A DNA stretch of 63,659 nt, the filler included, from Collodictyon triciliatum (taxonomy: Eukaryota): NCBI GenBank assembly GCA_043381765.1. It is 7 parts of 7 records of this genome, joined end to end, with 100 filler letters (N's around TTAATTAATTAA, not from the genome) between each part and the next. Parts side by side here need not be neighbours in the genome. Positions count along the whole stretch, not along the records: positions 39,607 to 49,396 come from JBHJMP010002894.1; positions 49,497 to 59,285 come from JBHJMP010002897.1; 5 more parts are not named here. One strand, written 5' to 3'. Below, piece by piece: positions 40,025-55,448 of the stretch. The translations under genes and the position numbers were made by a program. The notes under the pieces are model-generated. The model made no database searches, was not told where the DNA came from, and saw only the letters and a list, made by a program, of their open reading frames with translations. Positions within the stretch are counted from its first letter, which is position 1. Each line of letters opens with the position of its first letter.

Positions 40025-43000
40025 ATGAGCTCACGCGGCGGCCGTGGCGCTGCAGCCGGACGAGGCGGACGAGGCGGGCGAGGCGGACGTGGCGGTTCGA
40101 CTCCAGCACGAAAAAGCAACGAAGGACTCAGCAAGTCCGGCACTTCGGAAGCAGCAGCAGCAGAGAAGCCGATCGACAGCGAAGGAGAGGAAACTCAGCC
40201 TCCTGTGCAAAGCACGCGCGCCTCCACAGAGATCCATCCCGGCCCAGAAGGCGAGCCTCCGAACACTGTCGTACAAATCCCCAGCGAATCGCCAACGATC
40301 GACTCCGCCCCGCTTGAGCAGGAAGTGCGGACCGAGGCGGAGGCGAGTGATCAAATCCAGCCAGCTGCAGATGAGCCGACTCAGTTTGGGAACCCGGAGA
40401 GTCGTGCAGGCGATGCGCCGATGATCGAGGCCCAGCCTGGTGAGTCTGCTCTTCATCCTGCAGAGACGCCTGCCCATGAAAAAACGGCATCAAACCCAAC
40501 CACGCCGCGAGTGAAGCTACAGAGTCCATCACAGACTCTGCAATCAAACCCTGCAACCCCAACTCTGAAGATAGAAACACCGAAACAAATCACGCCATCA
40601 CAATCAAAACCCACGACTCCAATCCAAAAATCACCGTCCCTGTCACCATCTCTGCAACCGAAGGTAATCACTCCATTACAATCAAAACCCACAACCCCAA
40701 GTCTGAAGCCAGAAACACCAAAGCCAATCACGCCATCACAATCAAAACCCACAACCCCAACTCTGAAGCCAGAAACACCAAAGCCAATCACGCCATCACA
40801 ATCAAAACCCGCAACTCCAGTCCAAAAATCACTGTCCCCACAACCAAAGCCCATCACACCATCCCATTCACAACCCGTGCAAATCACCGCAAAGTCTCCC
40901 TCTCTTTCAAAGCCAACTACGCCTGCATCCAATCGGGCAGTTCCGACTCCCCGTGCAAATCGGCCGTCTCCGACACCGTCGCGATTCTCTGCTACAAACG
41001 CCTCACCCCGGACTTCTCTTTCCCGTCCAATCAGCGACTCTGCTGCTGATGACGGGGTCCAATCGGTGCGGCAGAGCCAAGACATGGGATCTAATTTAAT
41101 GACGGCTCAGCCACCACGGCCAGAGTCTGTCGAGAAAGCTGCTTTGAATACAAAAACAGGTTCTGATGAAAAGCTTGATAATCAAGAGACAGCACATGAT
41201 GAGGCGTTTGTCAGCCAGCTCGGGGGACATCGGGAGGATGCGACTGCTCAGGAATTGCACAATAGGCTTGAATCTGAACATGACCCATTGGTCCAGAATG
41301 GGGTGGCTTATTCCTCATCACAGATACATTCTCGGCAAGCAACACCTTCGAACCACCCAGAATCGAAAGATATTGAGACACAGCCTGATGGGCGAGAAGT
41401 GTCGGCGCCGATAGAAAGCCATCATGAACCATCAAACCCGGAAGGAAATTCAAACGAGATTCCACTGGATTCGATGAATATTGATATCGACATTCCTTCA
41501 GATTTATCACCAGACCAGTTGACAAACAAGACACCTCCTTTAAACACTGCAGTTCCTTCAACATCGCCAGCAGTATCTGAGAAGAATAATACTCCTCTGG
41601 AAAGTACAGCCTTATTTTATCGTTTATATATCCGAGTATGATTTCTCCATTTTATTCTATTGAATTCATAAACGGTCTGTATGCACGAAAGAGATATTCT
41701 AGTATGCATTTTTTTGAAAGATAATTTTCCCTCTATTCGATTCTTAGTTTGAAAAATGAATATTTATTATTCTATCATACAGTTCACCAAGCATCATTGG
41801 ATGGAGCAGGTTTTAATCATGGATTGCACATGATGTTTTGAGTGTCTTCATGTTCAAGTTTTTTTAAAAAAAAAATAAATAAATATTTAGTCTCAGAATT
41901 AGAGCGTTCTCAAGAGAGCCTGGTCCTTTCCGAGGATGGGTATGAGGACGGAAAGAAGAGTGGACTTGTAAGTCGATCTTCTACAGCCAGGTCAAACAAG
42001 ACGTATCCACCAACCTCGCCGCAATCATACCTGTCGGAAGATGAGGCTGCTAGAAGGATTCAAAAGACATTCCGAAAGTCCCTCAGTCGAAGAAATCTCA
42101 GAATGGCGAATTCATCTAATCTGCCTCCTCGACCACCTCACCAAGGAAATCAAGATTATGCACCAAAGAAGATTGCAAATTGTACTTTTTTTTTCTCCCT
42201 CTTATTCATCAATGTCAATCAGCTTCATCATATACATATATTTATCACCTCGCATATAGCCGACCCTTATGAACCCAGTGAGCCACCTACTGCGAGATTA
42301 GAAGAATCGATGTCGTCTGCCGATTTTCCGCTTATCTCTGAACCATCCACCCGTAATCCCTCTCGTGCATCAAAGATAACGCCGCCCAAAGTATCCAAGC
42401 AACAAAAAACAAAAGGGAATTCTGCATCCTCTGCACCGTCATTCAACCAACATGCAAAAGACACTGTGCGACCTCAAATACCAAATCCTCTAACGCACCA
42501 AAAACAACAAATGAATGAAAAAAACACTTCACCGGCGAAGAAAGCTAGTCCGAATAGTAAAGTCACTCCGAAGAATAAAATAAGTCCGAAAGGCAAACCT
42601 GTCCCACAAGGTATTCACATTAGGATGTATCTTGAACATTATCATTGAATTATCAATTAAAATATTATGTCTGACAAGAATAGCCCAATTTTAGAGCCAA
42701 AACGCCCTGTTGAAAAGAAGCCAGTTCCGAGGAAGCAGCCCGAATTTGAAGAGTCCGAAGAACCCGAGCCCGAGCCCGAAATCCCATCATTAACCCCAGA
42801 AGAACTATGGCTTCAACAGAAACTCATGAACAGTATCAGGCAAACTATGAACCTCGTTAACGAATTCAGTTACCCTGAATCCATCAAAAAGGATCTCAAA
42901 AAAACCAATCAGCCAAAACATAAACAGTTTGCTTTTATGCATCGTCCATATTAGACACAATTCATAAATAATAATAATAATCGTGAAAATCCTCTCACCT

Positions 43001-46000
43001 ATTACTCTTTGATTAATTCATTTTGTATTGAGTAAGATACAAGCCCCTATTTAACAGCTATACATGTATTCCCCACAGAATTGAGGATTCTTTCTTCGAT
43101 ATGGTCGCTCCATCATATCACAGAGCACCTGCGGTAAACAACTGAATTAATTTAAAGTTACACTTGACTGATGATATTATAATTCCTACTTTCACGTGAA
43201 TATCTCTAAAAAAAGAAAAAGTAAAATTGTCACACCTATTTTTCTATATACCTGGAAAAATAGAAGTGGCAATGGATATGGCTTTGTTCCTTCTAATTTA
43301 CCTATCTTGAATCATCAGACCAGTCATTCCAACCGCTCGTATGCAAGCATTGAAAACATACCCATGGTAATCTGAATGCTCCATTCTTTTTTCTCATGTA
43401 TTCATTACTTGATCTCTCCTACCAATTATAATTATGCTATGGCGTGCACAGCATCACCAGACCAAGCATCATAATCACAAAGACGTGGAGAACTTTCAAA
43501 ATCGTTTGGTCGATAAACACAGAGGAGGTTCTTCTATCTATTTACCTTTTTATGTCTCTCCATTCCAATATTGATATTAATGTTACTTCACTTCTTTATA
43601 TACGAGTAAAGTCAAGTAGTTTCATATGTATACTTTTGAAACGTCTGCTTTTCTTTTTTTCTGCATAGCAAATATTCAAGCATGGTTAGAAGAGATGACC
43701 GCAACATCTGCTGCTGGAGATTCAAATTACGAAATTGAGGAATTAGCGTCTGCTGCTGGAGAATGGAATGAACCTCCCGAATACCCAGCTTATCCCCAAC
43801 TCCAGCCCATCGCGCCAAGAAAACAGGTCGAAAACGTTCGTCACAACATAGGAGAGTATGAAGAAGACACGCTCAGCTACAAGAATGAATCAGAGGCTCG
43901 TTCTGTGTCTGGAAAGGTGCCCAAAACACCGGTAAAATATTAAGAGCATACGAATAAAAAAAAAACCCCCTTTATTTCATTCAAAGTATAACAGCATATG
44001 AATATAAACATTGGTGTATTTTTAATCTTTTTATCAAAAATTCATCACATATATTTCACATGGATTTATATCCCTGAAAATTTTTTTGTGCAGTCTTCCT
44101 TCACTACACCCGAGCGGAAGAAACCGTCTGGGCTTAAAATCATCCCCAATAAGCAAGAACCTGCTGCAGTCGCTAGTGCCCCGAGTCAAATAAAGCAGCC
44201 AGCTCATGTGTCAAAGCAAGGCTCTGTCGCTGTGTCGAAGAATTCAAAAAGCAATAGTGTCACAAAGTCTCTATCAAAGAAATCAAGCACGCCTTCCAGT
44301 TCGTCCAGTTCGTCCAGCTCCTCCAGTTCATCCAGTTCATCGTCTGATACGGAGACTGATAAGTCACGAAGTATTTCAACAAAAATAGAACCGGAAAAGA
44401 AACCCACGCTTCAGAAGCAAAAAATACCAAATGTCGACACCGAAGAGAAAATCCAAGCAAAAATCCAAAAACCGAAAAAATCTGTTGGAGACCCTGTTCT
44501 CGAACGTAATTCAGAAAATACTAATGACCCGGATATCGTTATATACGAACCAAAACAAAAGCAGAAACTTGCGCCTCCCAAGCTAACACAAAAGGCACAA
44601 CCACCAAAGATAGAGTCTGAGAATCCAGCACCGAAAAACGACTCAGTTCTAGATGCGAACTTGAATCACCAACAACAACAACAACAACCAATCAGAAACC
44701 AAATGCAAACAGAACAAGTTCGCCAACTGTCGGGCCATCACCCGGTCACACATGGTGAATCAAATCACTATTCACCCCCACACGACGTCCCTGTTGCCCA
44801 AATCCCGTCACAGCCCTACAATATGATAGGGAAACATCCCATACAAAACGAGTTGTATGAAGCCGGTAGAACCCCGCAAAAAAGACCGCCACCGATTCCC
44901 ATACACGGGACAAATCACTATGCAGAACCCACAAGTCCAGTTCAATACCATCAGAACGATAATCTTGCATTTGTCCAGATTCTTTTCCCAAGAAACCCTC
45001 CGAATCCTGGAGAACCTTTTATTGTGGGACTAAAGCGGCTCGATCGGTTTGTTGAAACTATAATCAAGCCGGTTTTTCTTATGCCTTATATATATAATGA
45101 ATGATAATGTTGACCGCCATAACAAAACAATATGTTTTTTTTCAATTAAGAAGAGAAAAAAGACTATATAATGTTAAGAAAATAATCGTATGAACCACTA
45201 ATCATATTCAGCCCTCCGCCCATGTCGCAATTCTCGCTGTCTCCGCATGGTGCGCACCCTCTTCTTCCGTACGAACCATCACCGCCATCCCCGACCAATA
45301 TTCCTGCCTCTGTCTATCATCACAACATGCATAATCAGCCACCCTACTTGGCCTATCACAACCCTACCTACACGGTTCATTCATCTCCGCCGTCCCCGAC
45401 ATATGCTGAAATGCCTCGCGTGGGCTACGAAGTCGGAGTCATTAAACAACCGATGCAACGACAACATCAACCCATGGTTCGACTTCACGATTTTGAACAA
45501 TTATCTTTGCTTCATCTTTGTTTCTGTTTCTGTTTCTGTTTCTGTTTCTGTTTCTGTTTCTGTTTCTGTTTCTGTTTCTGTTTCTGTTCTTATGCAAGGA
45601 ACTCTGTCTATCTTAAACCTCTGCATATTCTTCTAACCACCTCATAGAATCACCCGCCAGTTAACTACCCTCCCAATCCAGCTTTTGCAAGCGCGCCTCA
45701 CTTGACACCCGTTATGAATTACCCACCTGGGAACGTGCAGCGGTGAGCACACTCTTTATCTAACGAACGCGTATACTTCATTCTTTTCATATTCTCACCT
45801 TTTCTTTTCTTTAAATATTTATTACAATTCGCGCAGAACGGACTTTGTGGAGCGCACGACAAGAAGGGCACAAGCCGTGGACGACCAGTTACGAGCACAG
45901 CAAGACATTAGGGAACAACAAGTGAGCCTATCAAGAAGAAAATACACTCGACAAGATGATGTTGATTTAAAAAAAAATCTCTTTGTGTTACTCGGACCAG

Positions 46001-46238
46001 CTCTGAAACCCCTCAATCATCACGCCATATCTGCACTCTCCGTCCCCAGATATTGCAGCACTTGAGCCAGCAGCAACAGCGAGCCCAACGGTCCGCCCGC
46101 GGCCCAGGCCCCATATTAGTGGCTGCTCAATCGTCATCCGCTCAACCGGTGCCTGTGATGCCTGTGATGGCGGGACCGCCTCCAGGAGCAGCTGCAATAG
46201 GTGGAGGCTATGCTGCAATGTATCGCGGGAATCGGTAA
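40025..46238 (+). CDS. Large multi-exon Pro/Ser/Lys-rich disordered protein with an N-terminal RGG patch, TP repeats and an IQ-like motif
   Basis: 538-aa first-exon ORF with RGGRGG; tandem 60-bp units ETPKPITPSQSKPTTPTLKP (~40680-40815); EAARRIQKTFRKSLSRR at ~42040-42095; further same-strand GT-AG exons to a stop at 46238. It may be more than one gene. Confidence 0.6.
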
Positions 46239-47227
46239 ATATTGTGGGACTCTCTGGAGGAATAGATACATGCATAATTGTTTGTCTCTGCACATTTCTA
46301 TCTCTTTTCTCCTTTTCTTGAAGCTGCGGGAATACGCTGTATAGATAAATCGGCATCACAGAATACTGAATTGAATCAATAAAATGACCCTTGTTTATGG
46401 CGATATGGCCTGTTCTGTTCTGGCAATCAGCTTCTTGTCGGTCGATGTGGTATTTCGTTGGGGAAAACCACAGGAAACAGAAATAAATAAAATGGTATTT
46501 GCATGTCACGCATGGATATTTCTGCTGTGCTTTCCTTATAGTTTATTTTCGGAGCCCTGGGTTATATATTTGGAGCATAGGAAATACCATTAAGGTAGAT
46601 ATGAGAAGAGACTTGTGCCATTCGATTGTCATCCGTGAAATAGAATTTTCTTTTCCTTTCTCTGAAAAAGAACATGAGTGGCAGAATGAGTGGGTTGTGG
46701 TTAGGAGAGATGAATGCGGTTGATTTCATCACGTGAAAGCGCATGGGATGGATTGGTGATAAGACCTTACTGGGGCAGGAAGAAATGAGTAGATGAAGAA
46801 GAAAAGACAGAGTACAGACGATTAAAATGTGTGTTGAGACCAGAGTGTCCACCATCCATTTTAGAATGGGCAAAGGGTTCTGCAGGACTTCGTGGGAAGA
46901 GTATCCAAAAGGCTGGGCGATCTAAGCAAGTACCGATGAATCTCAATATGTATACACCACGAAATAATTATACTGTCTATCGATACAAAAGCAATAAAAT
47001 TTGAGACTAAAAGCTATGTGGCATCGTAATTTATCAAAAAAAAAATATTAAAAGTGGAATATGTCTGCCTGTGTGTGGACAAAGAATACTTATTGGTTGA
47101 TGATTAACGCAAACTTATAAACTATCTGGAGGACGAACCGCATACCACTTTTTTTTTTCATTTTTTTTTTCATTCAAAGAGAGATAACTATGCCAACTTT
47201 GGAAGTATAGAATAGTAAACTAACCAT

Positions 47228-49146
47228 CTAAGCCCTTCTTCTCATGAACAAGGGGTAAACTCCACTCTTTATGGCTGGCGTAGATACTTTGGAATCTGTG
47301 ATTTGGAGCTCTTCAGGAGATGAAATCTCCCTTCTTTTATCTGCGTTGAGTTTGGGACTTTCCCGATTACTAGATGAGTGGAAAATAGACCATAATGAAC
47401 CGACAAGAAGAGGAATGATGTTGTTGTTGATGCTAATTATGAAAAAGATATGGTATTCTTTTGGTATATAATTCAAATCGAAATAAAACGGGCGATAAAA
47501 AGTAACAAAGAGATATCCCAATTGCGAGTCAAAAGAGAGCCTACTTAGCACCAGGAACTTTTGGGAGAATCGAGCCGTCCACAAACTTCAATGCTGATGC
47601 ACTTGGACTCTTCCGCACCTCGGAAGGCCCAACCGGCCCTGTTTTCTTCAGTGGGACCACTTGCTGGCCTATTCAAACAAGTGAATCATCGGAACGAGAA
47701 AAGTTTGAGGAAATTCATCTTTCGTGACATTTTTGTTTCATATTTCATAACTTTTCATTGATAACTAAGATGGTGATAAAACAAGGGAAGTAATTTAGAA
47801 ATATTCCATGGCAATAAAAGAGTGGATACGGAGACAATTTGATTTAATGAAGTTGTGTACTTAAATCTTGTGAATTTCCTCGTTCGTCCCCTGTGGCATT
47901 TAACTCTGCCGGTAATTTGGGCCACTGCTGTGATGTGTTTGGGGATGGACGCAGCGGTGACTCTCTGGCGACATGTACGACTCTGGAGGAAGACCCAATC
48001 GGCTCTGAGCGACTGCTGTGTGATGTTGATTTTTGCTTTGCGAAATAAAATGTTAGTCTCTCATTTATGCAACAGCAACCGATGCTCTGTGTTTGTTTGT
48101 TTGTTTGTTTGTTTGTTTGTTTGTTTGTTTGTTTGTTTGTTTGTTTGTTTGTTTGTTTGTTTGTTTGTTTGTTTGTTTGTTTGTTTGTTTTCTTTGTCGG
48201 TTTTTTGTTCATTTTGTATATCAAGATACGTTTCGAGAAAAAGATCTAAAAAATGTTGCTTAGACATTGTTTTATTAGAATTAACTTTGCTTTCCATCTA
48301 TATTAGAAATAAGTAGCGTACCGTTCTGAGTAATACCCAGTCATACATAAAATCGTATTGGAAAGATTCTCGATGAAAGGAGTCACGAAAGAGTTTTCGG
48401 ACATAGGCGTAATCAGGCTTCTCATCAAATTTTAGAGACTTGCAGTAATTCATATACACAGTGAACTCATCTGCAATATGTGTTTGGTTGTTTTTTTTAA
48501 AAAAAAAAAGAAAAAGAAAGAATAATTTTAAATTTTTCTGTCAACAAGAGACAAATTTAGAATTGGAAGACGAAAGGATAATACAGAAATAAATGCAGTT
48601 TATCTATTAAGTTTTGAAGAGTAGTCAGGTAAACGTGCGAACCTGGGTATCCTTTGCATAGAAGCTCTACCGGAGTATTAGCCTTCTTTTCACTAATTTT
48701 GTCATATTTTTGCTTCTTGTTTGCAGCCTGCAAACCTTGCCATGGGAGGCTTCCTCTCAGAAAATACATAAAGACGTAGCCAAGACCCTCAAGGTCATCA
48801 CGACGCGATTGTTCTATATGTGAAAGATACATGATGAGTTTTAAAAGGCTGGAGAAAAAAAACAGCTGGGATAATCGATTCACTTACCCCTTACCATCAA
48901 AAGTATTCATATAATTTCTCATAATTATTCCATCAACCTTGCATGCAACCAATTAAAAACAAGTCGTATTTTACAATAAAAGATAAATGAATTAAGAGTA
49001 AAAGGAGAGTAACCTATTCCAAGGTGTGTGTTTATGGAGGCATAGCGTGCGGTTCCTGTTAGACTTTTGTTTTCCTTGTAGGGAATGTGTTGTCCAGTTC
49101 TCAAGTCTCTGTACCTTTTTGCGAGACCAAAATCAATAACGTAGAC
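47228..49146 (-). CDS. CSNK1: Casein kinase 1 family kinase, 3' half
   Basis: [39 protein letters not shown] | [21 protein letters not shown] | [16 protein letters not shown], then low-complexity tail exons. Confidence 0.95.
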
Positions 49147-49304
49147 CTAAAACATATATGATTTAGCGGTTTCTGGTTTATATTTTCTTTTTTCTTTTAT
49201 TTATATTTATTTGACATTCCTTTCAGTTTATACAATATGATATGACTGATATCGGTGCCCAACCAACAAACTTTTCAAGTTAAATAGTATCTAATGAAGT
49301 AAAA

Positions 49305-49396
<92 letters not shown>

Positions 49397-50120
49397 NNNN
49401 NNNNNNNNNNNNNNNNNNNNNNNNNNNNNNNNNNNNNNNNTTAATTAATTAANNNNNNNNNNNNNNNNNNNNNNNNNNNNNNNNNNNNNNNNNNNNACAA
49501 ATTTTATAATCATCTCTCACCATGTAATTTCAACCCCAAGCATACGAGTCAACTCAATTTTCATCCCCAATTTTCATTTTATTGATGTATGCTAATTTTT
49601 CATATACATATATATTAAGCTATTTATATTTTTTTATTTTTTGGAAAATTTTATCCCTTATGAAGATTGATAAAGAAGCACTTTTCGGATGCGATACATG
49701 TACAGTAAAATCAATTACAAGATTGCGAACATGAGTAACAACCACCACTACGAATCCATAACAATAAAGTTGAGTAACAAATCTAATAAAAATACTATTA
49801 TTTTCAATAATTATTGATTATAACATTTTTTAAAAAAATTGAGGAGATAAATTTTTATCTCTGCTCTAAACAATACAGCCTACCATCGTTCTAAATGTAC
49901 AATTACCACTTTCTGTTTAAGATAATCGAAAATTTTAAATGAAAAAAAAAAGCCCAGCATCTCAAGAGAAAAATTCATGAACTAGAACAAATTGAGTTGG
50001 TATATGATACCATAAGTTGCGGGTCTGGTGCTTATATAGAAAATAACGATTGATAAAATAATTTAGTTTGGCGCAAAAATAATGAAGAGAATCTTTATGA
50101 TTCGGTGCGTTTCATTAAAT

Positions 50121-51352
50121 TCAAATGGTCGGTTTAATAGAGTATCCTACTTCTGCATCCAGCTTGGATTTGTTTTGCAGATAATATTCCCTGCTTACAA
50201 TTCTACCACGCTCTTGCTGCGATTTTTCAATTTTATTATTATTATGTAACAGTATGGATATCAAACTCGTCGGATGCATATACCATAGAAGCGAACAAAG
50301 GAAAGCATACCATATTAACTTTGTCAATAACAAGGATTCCATCCAGATGATCTATTTCATGTTGTAAAAGCTCGCTCTCGTCGTGTGGGAGATACTCACA
50401 GTTTCGCCTATGATTCAAATACACGGATATATTTTTCTTTTTTTTAAAAAAAAAGTTTAATACTATCAAGGTAATTGTAGACGAAATAAATCACAATATA
50501 TATTGCCAGGATAATTTTAATCACAGGAAATGACGCGATGGCGAAAAATGAAATACAATCAAGATGTATATATATATATAGATATAGATACCTGACTCCG
50601 TCCATTGTTGTGAACATAACGCTGATTGATTTGCTTCTAGTGACTTTGAACTACGATGCATCATTAAGCACAAACGATTTAGTGGACAAACCAACATCGT
50701 CAAAGCAGTCCAAGAAAGAGCTTACCATCATCCCAGGAATGCTCATGCAGTCATCCCACATGACAAACGAATCAGGGCTGCGGTACGTGATAACCGGATC
50801 TACCATCACAAACGGCTGTGGCAGCTCACGGAGGCTATGATGCCGCTCCACACAAAGCGGTTGAAACGGAGAAAACACCACAGCCTTCGATGCAGGAGAC
50901 ACGAGCACACCAGACGAAGGCGCATGGCTGCTTGCAGTATCGTTTTTACTCGCATTTGCATTTGTGTTTACCTTTGAACCAGCCTCGTCTGTTCGAGCAA
51001 AAGCGCTTCGCGCCTCGCCCTGGACTCCGATGCTGCGCTTACGGCCCAGATTGACTGCAATCATTCTCAGCGCGTAGCCGATTTGTGGGGCCGAAACGGC
51101 GCGGCCGAAGCCATGCACGCGGCGAAACTCTTGCAAGACTTGCAGAAGAACGGCGCTGGCTTCTTTCGCTGCAGGCTTTTCCACTTCGCGTACAGCCTGG
51201 CTTGAAGTCTGCAGGCGGGGATCGCCGAAAAGCAGCAGAAGCTTCAGGGCAGACTCGGGTGTGTTTTGTGGAGTAGCGGCTTCGGCGGCGGGATTGTTTG
51301 TTTCTTTGGGACTTTCGCTACCTGCTGCGGGTTCAGGTGTGGAGAGAGACAT
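50121..51352 (-). CDS. def: Peptide deformylase-like metalloenzyme (GFGRA..APQIG / DDCMS variant), about 4 exons
   Basis: LLFGDPRL; GFGRAVSAPQIG; MVDPVI; WDDCMSIPG | FKVTRSKSISV | LLQHEIDHLDGIL (HEXXH). Confidence 0.88.
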
Positions 51353-52178
51353 TCGTTGCCCTTCGTTGTTGATGCTGTCTTTCGGGATGTGCGCTCTCTC
51401 TCTTTCTCTTTCACTTTCCTTTCTTTCTTTCTTTTTTTTCAAAGGCAGAAAAAGTCATAGTTAGTTATCAGACCGCGCTTTGTGATCGGCTGGGGCCGAC
51501 TATGATCGGGGCGATAGTGAGAGAGGTTTATTTGTTGCTTTTATCTTGGAATAGAGAGGTACTTGGCAGTGGGTTGCGATTAGGAGACCGGGTTTACAGA
51601 AAAGGAACGGGGGCGGGGCAATGAAGTGTGCCTGCAAGGCTGCTCACACGGCTACTGGGGGTGGGTTTGCGTCGGCAGGACGTTTTGGAAGCCGCCAGAC
51701 AGTGTCTTTGGGCCAATCAGCAAAGGNNNNNNNNNNNNNNNNNNNNNNNNNNNNNNNNNNNNNNNNNNNNNNNNNNNNNNNNNNNNNNNNNNNNNNNNNN
51801 NNNNNNNNNNNNNNNNNNNNNNNNNNNNNNNNNNNNNNNNNNNNNNNNNNNNNNNNNNNNNNNNNNNNNNNNNNNNNNNNNNNNNNNNNNNNNNNNNNNN
51901 NNNNNNNNNNNNNNNNNNNNNNNNNNNNNNNNNNNNNNNNNNNNNNNNNNNNNNNNNNNNNNNNNNNNNNNNNNNNNNNNNNNNNNNNNNNNNNNNNNNN
52001 NNNNNNNNNNNNNNNNNNNNNNNNNNNNNNNNNNNNNNNNNNNNNNNNNNNNNNNNNNNNNNNNNNNNNNNNNNNNNNNNNNNNNNNNNNNNNNNNNNNN
52101 NNNNNNNNNNNNNNNNNNNNNNNNNNNNNNNNNNNNNNNNNNNNNNNNNNNNNNNNNNNNNNNNNNNNNNNNNNNNNN

Positions 52179-53805
<1,627 letters not shown>

Positions 53806-55202
53806 CGGATAGCTTTACCTCAAGATATTCTTTTCTGCAATTTTCATAATCAGCGAACACATGTGGGTACAGGATGGGGCAACTGCACAGCCATATGGAT
53901 GAGCAAAGTCTAGACAAAGAGNNNNNNNNNNNNNNNNNNNNNNNNNNNNNNNNNNNNNNNNNNNNNNNNNNNNNNNNNNNNNNNNNNNNNNNNNNNNNNN
54001 NNNNNNNNNNNNNNNNNNNNNNNNNNNNNNNNNNNNNNNNNNNNNNNNNNNNNNNNNNNNNNNNNNNNNNNNNNNNNNNNNNNNNNNNNNNNNNNNNNNN
54101 NNNNNNNNNNNNNNNNNNNNNNNNNNNNNNNNNNNNNNNNNNNNNNNNNNNNNNNNNNNNNNNNNNNNNNNNNNNNNNNNNNNNNNNNNNNNNNNNNNNN
54201 NNNNNNNNNNNNNNNNNNNNNNNNNNNNNNNNNNNNNNNNNNNNNNNNNNNNNNNNNNNNNNNNNNNNNNNNNNNNNNNNNNNNNNNNNNNNNNNNNNNN
54301 NNNNNNNNNNNNNNNNNNNNNNNNNNNNNNNNNNNNNNNNNNNNNNNNNNNNNNNNNNNNNNNNNNNNNNNNNNNNNNNNNNNNNNNNNNNNNNNNNNNN
54401 NNNNNNNNNNNNNNNNNNNNNNNNNNNNNNNNNNNNNNNNNNNNNNNNNNNNNNNNNNNNNNNNNNNNNNNNNNNNNNNNNNNNNNNNNNNNNNNNNNNN
54501 NNNNNNNNNNNNNNNNNNNNNNNNNNNNNNNNNNNNNNNNNNNNNNNNNNNNNNNNNNNNNNNNNNNNNNNNNNNNNNNNNNNNNNNNNNNNNNNNNNNN
54601 NNNNNNNNNNNNNNNNNNNNNNNNNNNNNNNNNNNNNNNNNNNNNNNNNNNNNNNNNNNNNNNNNNNNNNNNNNNNNCACATTTATGAATTCAATGACCC
54701 ACATCCATAGAGCCGAGGAATTCAAAATGGATGAATATCGTCTAATTACTATAAAATCATCAACAGGACAGGAAAGTTTATTCCAGATTTAACATTTCCA
54801 AAAGAATCGAATTCAACCCGAACAGCATGTCCACTTCACTACAATGTTTCCATTTATAGACAATTGACCGCAGAATTTATTTCCAAGTTTATCGAAGGAC
54901 AGCCACAACACCGAAGGCTACACCATAAAAGTCAAAGCATCCGGGCACCACAGCGAGCCTCTTTCCCAAAGCACAATCAGCCCAGCCGGAAGGGGCATAA
55001 GTGCAGCGTGGTTAAGAGCAAATAAGGCCGGCTATTGCAGCCCCTCGCGACGCATTTGGACAGGAAGGACATTCAGCCGCGTTACCGTGGTGGGAAAGTC
55101 GGTGGGGCGCGGACGCATCGACAACTCGACTTGGGCTGCGTTTACCACGCAAGAGCATCGGGGCGTTGTGATTCCACAAAACACATTCGCACAAACACAC
55201 AA

Positions 55203-55233
<31 letters not shown>

Positions 55234-55448
55234 TATATACAAACATAAATGTAAATATGGATGATTCAACTTTAATGACCAAGCAAGCAAGTGTCAGTGA
55301 TCAAACTAACTCACGCAGGAGGGAAGGAAAGAGCAGCAAAGCGCGGCCCCCAAGAATCGCTCCCACACACCCACACAAGCCATTCACACATCCAAAATCC
55401 ACATCCAGAGAGAAAGAGACAGACAGACAGACAGACACACACGGCACA

